A stretch of DNA of 64,000 bases, from assembly GCA_965219955.1 (NCBI GenBank), contig OZ244799.1:3328001-3392000 (forward strand). Reading direction: 5' to 3'. Below are positions 50,212-57,850 of the stretch, one piece after another. Position 1 is the first letter of the stretch. Every line of letters starts with the position of its first letter. Under the pieces are notes generated by a model. The model was given only the letters and a program-made list of their open reading frames with translations. It had not been told where the DNA came from and ran no database searches. The translations under genes and the position numbers were made by a program. This DNA comes from a bacterium. Lineage in GTDB: Bacteria > UBA8248.

Positions 50212-51104
50212 GCCCGGCCGCCGGCGTCGAATTCATCCCCCAGGAAATCGAAAGCGAACCGATTCGCAGCATGTGGGCGGACACCCTGCGCCGCCTGCTC
50301 AAGCACCGGATCGCCGTGGTCGGGTGCGTCTTCGTCTTCACGTTCGTCGCGATCTCTCTCCTGGCGCCCCTCATCGCGCCCTACGACCCCATAAAAGCGG
50401 ATTTCCAGGCGGCGCTCAAAAACCCCTCGCTCTCCCATCCCTTCGGGACGGACCATTTCGGCCGCGACGTGTTCAGCCGCATCATCTACGGCGCGCGCAC
50501 CTCGCTGCTCATCGGGGTGTTCTCCGTGCTCATCGCCGCGTTCGGGGGCGTGCTGCTCGGCCTCGTCGGCGGGTACCTCGGCGGCTGGATCGACAACCTC
50601 ATCATGCGGACGGTGGACATCATGCTCACCTTCCCGCGCATCCTGCTCTCCATTCTGCTCATCGCCATCATCGGCACGGGGATGGAGAACATCATGCTGG
50701 CGGTGGGCATCTTCGCCATCCCGACCTACGCGCGGCTGGTGCGCAGCTCGGTGCTCGTCATCAAGGAGACCGAATTCGTGGAGGCGGCCCAGGCGATGGG
50801 CGGCTCGAGCCGCCGCGTGCTGTTCCTGCACATCTTTCCGGGGACGCTCGGCCCCATCGTCGTGCAGTCGACCTTCCTCATCGCGACCTCCATCCGCGTG
50901 GCGGCGGGCCTGAGCTTCCTGGGCATCGGCGTGCCCCCGCCCACGCCCGAATGGGGCACCATGCTCGCCGACGCGCGCTCCTACATGGCGCTGGCGCCGC
51001 ACCTGCTCGCCATCCCCGGCTTCGCCCTCATGGGCGTGGTGCTCTCCTTCAACCTGCTCGGCGACGGGCTCAGGGACGCGCTTGATCCGAAGCTGCGGAG
51101 GTAG
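50208..51104 (+). CDS. ABC transporter permease (DppC/GsiD-like)
   Basis: HPFGTDHFGRDVFSR, EFVEAAQAMG and FNLLGDGLRDALDP motifs. Confidence 0.93.
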   Translation: MSPAAGVEFIPQEIESEPIRSMWADTLRRLLKHRIAVVGCVFVFTFVAISLLAPLIAPYDPIKADFQAALKNPSLSHPFGTDHFGRDVFSRIIYGARTSLLIGVFSVLIAAFGGVLLGLVGGYLGGWIDNLIMRTVDIMLTFPRILLSILLIAIIGTGMENIMLAVGIFAIPTYARLVRSSVLVIKETEFVEAAQAMGGSSRRVLFLHIFPGTLGPIVVQSTFLIATSIRVAAGLSFLGIGVPPPTPEWGTMLADARSYMALAPHLLAIPGFALMGVVLSFNLLGDGLRDALDPKLRR

Positions 51105-51176
51105 GGGGGGGATGACAAGGGGAGAGGCGAAAAGGTATTTTGGGGGGTGATGAAAAATGTTTGATGGGGCCGGCGC

Positions 51177-51428
51177 ATGAGTCGAGGCCAACCGCTATTT
51201 GACAGAATTCTCGGTGGTCGCTCTGATGCGAATATCCGCTTTGATGACTTGCGCGGCCTGCTCCGGAATCTGGGGTTCACCGAACGAATACGCGGGAGCC
51301 ATCACGTATTCAGAAAAAAGGGCGTTGCCGAGAGAATCAATCTGCAACGCGACGGCGGGCATGCGAAATCCTATCAGGTAAGGCAGGTCCGTATCATGCT
51401 TCTGAAATACGAACTGGAGGACGAATGA
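51177..51428 (+). CDS. hicA: HicA family toxin
   Basis: DANIRFDDL..LL..LGF.ERIRGSHHVF and AKSYQV motifs. Confidence 0.88.
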   Translation: MSRGQPLFDRILGGRSDANIRFDDLRGLLRNLGFTERIRGSHHVFRKKGVAERINLQRDGGHAKSYQVRQVRIMLLKYELEDE

Positions 51429-51640
51429 CGTTCAAATACGAGATCATTCTCTATTGGAGCAACGCGGACGGCGCTTTCGTGGCCGAAGTCCCGGAGCTTC
51501 CCGGCTGCATGGCGCACGGGGACACGCAGGAAGAGACTCTCAAACACGTCAATCAGGCGATGGAACTCTGGATAGACACGGCGCGAGAGTTCGGCGACCC
51601 CGTGCCCGAACCCAAGGGCGAGCGCTTGATGCTCGCGTGA
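51425..51640 (+). CDS. hicB: HicB family antitoxin (short form without DNA-binding domain)
   Basis: AEVPELPGCMAHGDTQEE...WIDTAREFGDPVPEP. Confidence 0.9.
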   Translation: MTFKYEIILYWSNADGAFVAEVPELPGCMAHGDTQEETLKHVNQAMELWIDTAREFGDPVPEPKGERLMLA

Positions 51641-51651
51641 GGGCTGAAAGC

Positions 51652-51781
51652 GCAAAAGAAATCGCGGCGGAGGTTCCTTGACGACTCCGGGCGCGTGCTC
51701 GCCAGGGAAGCCGACCTCCTCACCGCCATCCGCGCGGATGATTTTCGCCTGGAGAGGATCGTGAGGCGGTTTTATTCGCAG
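51652..51781 (+). pseudogene. Orphan 3' fragment of the RraA-family gene (copy 2)
   Basis: Aligns to ~45722-45853 and encodes RVLAREADLLTAIRADDFRLERIVRRFYS. It has a +1 frameshift upstream and the stop changed to CAG. Confidence 0.85.
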
Positions 51782-51784
51782 GGG

Positions 51785-51878
51785 GGCTTCGCCCTCATGG
51801 CCGTGGTGCTCTCCTTCAACCTGCTGGGCGACGGGCCCAGGGACGCGCTCGACCCGAAGCTGAGGCGGTAGGGGGGGA
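51785..51878 (+). pseudogene. Orphan 3' fragment of dppC
   Basis: 87-bp codon-aligned copy of 51018-51104 (7 differences, 5 synonymous), plus the downstream G-run. Confidence 0.9.
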
Positions 51879-51985
51879 CGCCGGAGAAGCGGAACTCCTC
51901 TGCGTCATTCGTGAAGGGGGATTTCAGTCCGGTTCACTTTTCCATTTCCAAAATTAAAGAGAATATAGTGCGTTTTCGAAAAACA

Positions 51986-52804
51986 TCACTTCTTGCTCAG
52001 TTCCAGCAACCCGACCTGGTAGGCTATGGATCTTCCCAATCTACGGAAACCATGCCTGGCGCCTTTAACGATATCCAGCCGGGCGGATACGCCGCGCTCT
52101 TTTAGGTACCGAATGTAGGGGCGGCATAATTCTGCAGGGTTCGTAGTATCGCGAGAGCCGGTTATTGCGATGATCTTTGCGTTCGGCGGTATCTTGTCGA
52201 CATAGTCAATGGGATTGATATCCTCCGATCTATACGTCCTGCCCTGCATCATCTTCTTGGCTTCCTTATCGCAAGCGCACCCCGCCAACAGCGCCGCGTC
52301 CGCAACGCCCGGATGACGGCCAAGCATGACCGCAGATATGTTCGAACCGCCTGAATGACCGATCATGACTACCCGCGAGGCCTTGTGGTGAATCTTCAGC
52401 TTCCGGACAGCCGCGGCTATCGCATCGATGCTTTCTTCAGTCTCCCAGTTTCGACGACCATAAGTCTTGGGGCTTGATCGCCTGCCTTCCCGGTCGTAGT
52501 GATCGGGGCGCAGCATGGCGACCGACACGACGCCGGGAGCATAGATAGAGGCGTAGCGATACATGTAATCCGATGGTCCGCCCCTGCTGTTGTCGCCGTG
52601 GAGAAAGACGCGCAAAACCGGTCGAGAAACCTCCTTGTCATGCACGAAAGTCTTGATCGCGAAGCAGAGATTCTTCCCGGAAACCCAGTTAAGGTTATCC
52701 GTTTTTTCGCAAGGTGGGCTGGACGAAACAACCGAAGCGGTGAGAAACAGCGGACAAACCACAGCAGCAATTGCTGCAAGGCGCCTGATCACCATAACCG
52801 GCAT
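51986..52804 (-). CDS. Secreted alpha/beta hydrolase
   Basis: Signal peptide, FLHGD, GHSGG nucleophile elbow, GSRD and ARH catalytic residues. Confidence 0.85.
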   Translation of the reverse strand: MPVMVIRRLAAIAAVVCPLFLTASVVSSSPPCEKTDNLNWVSGKNLCFAIKTFVHDKEVSRPVLRVFLHGDNSRGGPSDYMYRYASIYAPGVVSVAMLRPDHYDREGRRSSPKTYGRRNWETEESIDAIAAAVRKLKIHHKASRVVMIGHSGGSNISAVMLGRHPGVADAALLAGCACDKEAKKMMQGRTYRSEDINPIDYVDKIPPNAKIIAITGSRDTTNPAELCRPYIRYLKERGVSARLDIVKGARHGFRRLGRSIAYQVGLLELSKK

Positions 52805-52967
52805 TCTCCTTCTATGGGATATTCAATTAAAATGTTTAACCGAACATTTCATATCCAGCTATGCGTCCCGGATGAATATTCTTCACCAATCCGGCTATGT
52901 GGCGGACACGGTTAGACTCACCTGTCCAGAACCGGATGAGTTGACGCTCGCTCCCGGTAAAGTCCGG

Positions 52968-53170
52968 CAGGGAAGCCACCGCGGCAACGATGCTGTTTAT
53001 CTCCTGGGTGGTGTATATGTCATCGCGGGATTGCTCACGTGTCGCCTCACCGGAAGAGGTGCGCCCGTCGAGCGTATGTCCCGGGCGCGCCATTGCTGCG
53101 CCAATCGCACCGTACGCCGCGGCTCTCCCTGCCACCGGCATGCCAATCCATGAAGACCCTCGATACGACT
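52968..53170 (-). pseudogene. Internal fragment of a paralogous alpha/beta hydrolase
   Basis: GAIGAAMARPGHTLDGRTSSG...YTTQEINSIVAAVASL aligns with GVVSVAMLRPDHYDREGRRSS...ETEESIDAIAAAVRKL of the adjacent gene. Confidence 0.6.
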
Positions 53171-53211
53171 CTTCCGCAAAATAGACACGCGACATCGCCG
53201 ATGATGCTGAA

Positions 53212-53255
53212 ATTATAAGAAGGCGCACACTTTTTTACGTCCCCGGAATTGGGGA
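53212..53255 (-). promoter_or_regulatory. Putative activator-dependent promoter: palindrome TCCCCGGAATTGGGGA plus TATAAT
   Basis: 16-bp palindrome at 53240-53255 and minus-strand TATAAT at 53217-53212, 22 nt apart. Confidence 0.6.
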
Positions 53256-53293
53256 GATTCAGCGCATATTTGCATATACCAGGGAGAATTCGG

Positions 53294-54707
53294 GGTAAAG
53301 TCCTAAACTTGCTGGAAAAATCAGAGGGGTGCATCCTCGGCAGAGGCAACACAAAACCGTGCCGGTAAGCGCCGGCACCAAACCGAGGAGGCACCCCATG
53401 AAGAAGAGAATACAGGCATCGATGCACACACGCCAATCCCTGTCCGACTTGATCGAAGGCCGTCTGTCGAGTCCCGATGCGCGGGCCGACCTGGTGAAGC
53501 TCGCCACGCGGCTCATCGTGGAAGAGGCGCTGGAGGCGGAGAGCCGCGACGCTCTGGGCCGGGAATACTACGAGCACGGAGCGAAGCCCGGCCAAGGCTA
53601 CCGCAACGGCCACCGTGCTGGTCGTCTCAAGACGGCGGAAGGGTTCGTCGAGTTCGCGGCGCCTCAGATTGCCGGGCGCGAGGAGGCGTTCCGCTCGGCG
53701 ATTAGAGACAACCTCAAGGGGCGCACCGAGGGGCTCGAGGAGTTGGCGGTGGAGCTTCTGGCGCGCGGTCTCTCGGTGCGGGACATCGAGGACGTCTTCA
53801 GCGACGAGAGCGGCCGTCTGCTGCTCTCTCGCACGGCGGTCTCCGAGCTCGGCGAACGGTTGTGGTCAGAATATCAGGAGTTCGCTTTGCGGGATTTGGG
53901 CGAGTACGAGGTCGTCTATCTGTTCATCGACGGGATCGCCGAGCGGCTCCGCCCGGGGAGCAAGCGCGAGCCGGTGCTGGCGGCCTGGGGAATCACGGCG
54001 AACGGTGCCAAGGTGCTGCTGCACCTGATGGCGGGTTCGAAAGAAGACGCCGAGACGGTGAGCGCGTTCTTCCAGGACATGCGCGCCCGGGGTCTGGGCG
54101 ACCCGCTGGTTGTAGTGAGTGACGGAGCGCCCGGCATCATCAAGGCGATCGAGACGTGCTTCCCGCGCTCGGAGCGGCAGCGCTGTCTGGCGCACCGCAT
54201 GCGGAACCTCGCGGCGAAGGCGCCCGAGGACCTCTGGCCGGAGTTCAGGGAGCGGGCCGCGGCGGCCTACCAGGCCCCCTCGCGCGCCATCGCCCGGGAG
54301 TTGGCCGAGGGACTCGCCAGGGACTACGAGTCCAAACTACCCAGCGCCGTGGCTTGCTTCCGCGACGACTTCGAAGCCTGTATCGCGCACCTGCGTGCGC
54401 CGGTCAACCATCGCCGGGCCGTGCGCACCACGAACCAGCTGGAGCGTTTGTTCGTCGAGGAGCGCCGAAGGCTCAAGATCATCCCGAATGCCTTCGGCGA
54501 GAAACCGGTGCTCAAGCTCATGTTCAGCGCCATGATCCGGGCCGCCGAAAGGTGGCGCGCGCTCAAGATTACCGGCTTCGAACGACGCCAGATGGAAGCC
54601 CTCAGACGGGAACTGGACCAGAACTACGAGGAGGAAAACGAACTCAACCGCAGGCCCTCAGCCGATATGCGCCAAAAGAAAGTTTCCAGCAATTCTCGGA
54701 CTTGACC
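53294..54707 (+). mobile_element. IS256 family insertion sequence, apparently complete (1414 bp)
   Basis: Imperfect TIRs GGTAAAGTCCTAAACTTGCTGGAAA / GGTCAAGTCCGAGAATTGCTGGAAA. 9-bp TSD AGAATTCGG at 53285-53293 and 54708-54716. Confidence 0.93.
53398..54705 (+). CDS. IS256 family DDE transposase
   Basis: GYRNG, GLSVRDI, YLFIDG, VVSDG, QRCLAHRMRN and RTTNQLER motifs. Confidence 0.95.
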   Translation: MKKRIQASMHTRQSLSDLIEGRLSSPDARADLVKLATRLIVEEALEAESRDALGREYYEHGAKPGQGYRNGHRAGRLKTAEGFVEFAAPQIAGREEAFRSAIRDNLKGRTEGLEELAVELLARGLSVRDIEDVFSDESGRLLLSRTAVSELGERLWSEYQEFALRDLGEYEVVYLFIDGIAERLRPGSKREPVLAAWGITANGAKVLLHLMAGSKEDAETVSAFFQDMRARGLGDPLVVVSDGAPGIIKAIETCFPRSERQRCLAHRMRNLAAKAPEDLWPEFRERAAAAYQAPSRAIARELAEGLARDYESKLPSAVACFRDDFEACIAHLRAPVNHRRAVRTTNQLERLFVEERRRLKIIPNAFGEKPVLKLMFSAMIRAAERWRALKITGFERRQMEALRRELDQNYEEENELNRRPSADMRQKKVSSNSRT

Positions 54708-54759
54708 AGAATTCGGGGAGATATACGACGACAGCGAAGGCCCGGAGCTGTTATTGCCT

Positions 54760-55908
54760 TCAATCTCGAGACTCCGGAGCGCCGGCCAGCGACAGCACGA
54801 GCCGCACCAGATCCACCTGCCGCGAGAGGCCGAGCTTTGCGAACATGTGCTTCACGTGCGTGCGGATCGTACTTTCCTTTCGGCCCGTCGCCGAGGCTAT
54901 CGCACGAACGCCCATGCCTTCGGCCAACAACACCGCCACCCGGCTCTCCATACCCGTGAGACCCAGGGCGTCACCCACGATAGCCGGATCGATGCGGGTC
55001 CGGCTCGCCGGGTCCACAACCAGTACGAGCGCCGCGACCGGCCAGGGGCGGGAGTCCGTCTCCAGCCGAGCCACCGGGTTGACGTGCAAAACCAGCGGCA
55101 GGGCCGGCGCACGCCTTATTATCGCAGAGCCGCCGACGCCCTGAGTCCCGAACGGCGGCAGCGCCCGGTTCAGCAATCCCTGGAGGTTGGCGTTGTCCTC
55201 AGGCCTCCGGGCGAACAGGAAACCGCGCTCATCGAACAGGCCGTCTCCGGCACGCAGCAAATCCCAGGCGCGGTCGTTCACTTCCACGATCCGCCCGCGC
55301 GGGTCGAGCTGGATGACGCCTGACCCGGTGGTGTCGAGCAGCCTCGTGAGGGAGGCGCCCAGAGCATCCGCGCCGTCAAGCGTCTGCCGGAAGCGCACGT
55401 ATTGGCGGATATGGGGCAGGAGACGCCGGATCAGGCCGAGCTGAGCCGATGACCAGTCGCCTCCGTCAACCGGGTCGTTGATGCCCCAGCAGATGCTCGA
55501 GCCGTCGGGCCCGTCCAGGCGCACGTTGATGCTGTTCCGGGCAAGCATGAGGGTTGAGCATTCGTTGAACACCAGAGAGGTTTTCTGCTCCTCCTCGGAG
55601 AAGAGGTCGGCAAAATGGCAAAGTTGGCTGTCGGGGAGTCGCCGCAGGCGCGGAAGCCGCTCGTCCAGGGGGAAGTAGACATCGAAGTACTCGCGTTCGA
55701 ATTCGTGGTGCCGGTATCCCTGGTAGAAAAACCGCGCCAGGTGGACCCGAACGTCCGCTCCGGAGTGTAAATCGCCGACAGCAAAGCAGTTGCCGTATAC
55801 GCCGAGGGCATCGTCGATCAGCGCGGAGGCGGTCGACAGCCTGGCATCGTCCATCGCCGCCTCCTGCAACGAGGCCACGATGCGCTCGAACGCCTCCCGT
55901 TCACTCAT
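54760..55908 (-). CDS. PAS-LuxR helix-turn-helix transcriptional regulator
   Basis: PAS-like GVIQLDPRGRIVEVN and C-terminal LTGMESRVAVLLAEG...TIRTHVKHMFAKLG HTH. Confidence 0.9.
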   Translation of the reverse strand: MSEREAFERIVASLQEAAMDDARLSTASALIDDALGVYGNCFAVGDLHSGADVRVHLARFFYQGYRHHEFEREYFDVYFPLDERLPRLRRLPDSQLCHFADLFSEEEQKTSLVFNECSTLMLARNSINVRLDGPDGSSICWGINDPVDGGDWSSAQLGLIRRLLPHIRQYVRFRQTLDGADALGASLTRLLDTTGSGVIQLDPRGRIVEVNDRAWDLLRAGDGLFDERGFLFARRPEDNANLQGLLNRALPPFGTQGVGGSAIIRRAPALPLVLHVNPVARLETDSRPWPVAALVLVVDPASRTRIDPAIVGDALGLTGMESRVAVLLAEGMGVRAIASATGRKESTIRTHVKHMFAKLGLSRQVDLVRLVLSLAGAPESRD

Positions 55909-56196
55909 GACGCCTTCCCGGAAAGCGGGAGCAAGGCCGGCCCATATTCCATTATATCAAGAGGCGAGAACCCTCTCTGGTTGTCCATATGACCCCTCGT
56001 AGTCATGGACACCGACATCGTTGCGGGTAAATCGAACTGTTTCAGCCGCGCCCGAACCACATGCCCGGTCCGGAGTCATTTGAACAAACCCGACAGCGCA
56101 TTTCATGTCGCCGCTATTCAATTTCTCCACTCCGAGCGATGCAGAAGTGTCTATCCATTGTTGTTCCGCGAGTTCAGGCGAAATTACAATACTTAA

Positions 56197-56240
56197 AGTA
56201 TAGGATATCGCACGCTTCTTCTCTTCCCCAAAATTGGGGA
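56197..56240 (-). promoter_or_regulatory. Second putative activator-dependent promoter: TCCCCAAAATTGGGGA plus TATACT
   Basis: Palindrome at 56225-56240 and minus-strand TATACT at 56202-56197, again 22 nt apart. Confidence 0.6.
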
Positions 56241-56300
56241 GACCCGGAGGAATTCCCGGAATGTTCAGGGGATTTCAGGGAAACCAAACGTAACCGGCGG

Positions 56301-56536
56301 CGGGTGATCTGGTTCACGCGGACGGGGGTGGTGCGCTCGTGGCGCCGAAAGAGATCGCGGCGGACGTTCCCGAAACCGCCGGGCGCGTGCCCGCCAGGGA
56401 AGCCGACCTCCTCGACGCCATCCGCGCGGAGGACTTCAGCCTGGAGGAGATCGTGAGGCGGTTTTATTCGTGAGGGGGGGACCACACGGCATATCCACAA
56501 GCAATACCGTGTAGGGACAGGTCGCGACCTGTCCTC
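56301..56536 (+). pseudogene. Orphan 3' fragment of the RraA-family gene with its downstream flank (copy 3)
   Basis: In-frame GDLVHADGGGALVAPKEIAADVPETAGRVPAREADLLDAIRAEDFSLEEIVRRFYS*, then GACCACACGGCATATCC and a REP, as at 45681-45919. Confidence 0.9.
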
Positions 56537-56829
56537 GTGTTTCGGTCATCATTACCCGCAGGGGTCAGACATATATGTCTGGCTGCGTGTTCTCCCGTTT
56601 TTTCTGCCCGCGCCCGCTCGATCGGGCGGATACAAAACCTCATCCTGAGTAGGCACGAAAGCGCCGTATCGAGGGATGGGAGGCGCCTTCCGGCGCGCAG
56701 AGCAATCGCTTCCGCATTGGGCGCGATTGATCTTCGATACACGGCTCCGCCGCTACTCAGGATGAGGAGGATGTGAGGACTTTTTCAACAACCCCTCATC
56801 AGTCGCGATTGATCCTTCAAGGGGGAGTG
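56511..56829. repeat. REP-like palindrome mosaic
   Basis: GTAGGGACAGGTCGCGACCTGTCC. CCTCATCCTGAGTAG...CTACTCAGGATGAGG pair at 56638-56767. GGACTTTTTCAACAACCCC at 56777-56795. CCTTCAAGGGGGAGTG. Confidence 0.7.
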
Positions 56830-56947
56830 GTTTCTCCCTTCCCGCTCGTCGGCGGTTTTGACACTCACGCCGCGGGGTGTGGTATGATCCGCCGCGTTAC
56901 GGGATAAAGGCGAAGGACGCGAATCAAACCAGGGGAGGCGTGACGCC

Positions 56948-57301
56948 ATGAAGGTGATGAACTACAAGGACGCGGAACTGAAAGCGGAGAAGGCGGCCAA
57001 GGGCGCGGGCATCCGCTGGCTGCTCAGCGAGCGCGACGGCGAGACCGGGATGGCGATGCGGGTCATCGAGATAGAAGCGGGCGGGCAGACGCCCGACCAC
57101 GCCCACTCCTGGGAGCACCAGGTGTTCATGCTGAAGGGCGAGGGCCGGGTGGTCGTCGAGGGCGAGACGCGGGCCATCGCGCCGGGGGCGGCGATTTTCG
57201 TGGCGCCTGGCGAGAACCACACCTTCCACAACGATTCGGACGAGACGATGGAGTTCGTCTGCATGATTCCCGTGAGCGCTACCAAGGCGTACGAGCACTA
57301 G
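56948..57301 (+). CDS. Cupin domain protein
   Basis: HAHSWEHQVFMLKGEG and PGENHTF motifs. Strong RBS and an upstream TGTGGTATGAT extended -10. Confidence 0.9.
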   Translation: MKVMNYKDAELKAEKAAKGAGIRWLLSERDGETGMAMRVIEIEAGGQTPDHAHSWEHQVFMLKGEGRVVVEGETRAIAPGAAIFVAPGENHTFHNDSDETMEFVCMIPVSATKAYEH

Positions 57302-57552
57302 GGCGCAGGACCTGCTTCGAATTTCCGTAAATTTCGATAAAATTCGATAAAATAAGATAAATTCACGGGGTTTTTCGATAAATAACCGGCCATTTTGGAG
57401 GGGAAATGCGGGGAGCCGCGCGGGCGTAAATCCCCCTCCCGCAGAAACATCGTGAGGATACCACGGCCCCGCAGGCGCTCGCGCAGCGGCAAATGCGGGG
57501 AACTGCCGGGTTGAAGCTCCTGGCGGGCGTTCTTCCCGGGCGTCCGCGAATA

Positions 57553-57600
57553 CCACAATATGTAGCCTCAAAAAATCATTTCTCACACAATATATGGGCG
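57553..57600. promoter_or_regulatory. Tandem NrdR-box-like sites
   Basis: CCACAATATGTAGCCT (57553) and ACACAATATATGGGCG (57585) fit acaCwAtATaTwGtgt, 32 bp start to start. Confidence 0.65.
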
Positions 57601-57784
57601 AAATAGCCCCGTACCCGGAAAAATCCGAAGAAAAATCAATTTTTATAAAAATAACTCATTATATTTCAATAAGTTATAATTATTTATGCAGGAATCGCTT
57701 TAAGCGAGGCAGAGGGGCCATATTTTTTTATTTTATATAAAGTAAATAAATACAACAGGTTATATTAGTTAATGAAAAAATTAC

Positions 57785-57814
57785 TTGAAATAAAATCCGG
57801 GCGCTTGGTATATT
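57785..57814 (+). promoter_or_regulatory. Probable sigma70 promoter of the GAF-mreB operon
   Basis: TTGAAA-N18-TATATT with TG extension and an AT-rich upstream region. Confidence 0.55.
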
Positions 57815-57850
57815 CCGAAACATCCCAATCCGTCCCGTCGGGTGCCAGTA

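Noticed and set aside
45681-56536. Diversity-generating retroelement (TR/VR pair) explaining the rraA repeats
   Set aside because: Differences are largely synonymous and not adenine-specific, and no reverse transcriptase is in the window.
57301-57850. Chromosomal oriC
   Set aside because: AT-rich with an IHF-like site, but there is no DnaA-box cluster (best is one 8/9 match at ~57579) and no dnaA/dnaN/gidA nearby.
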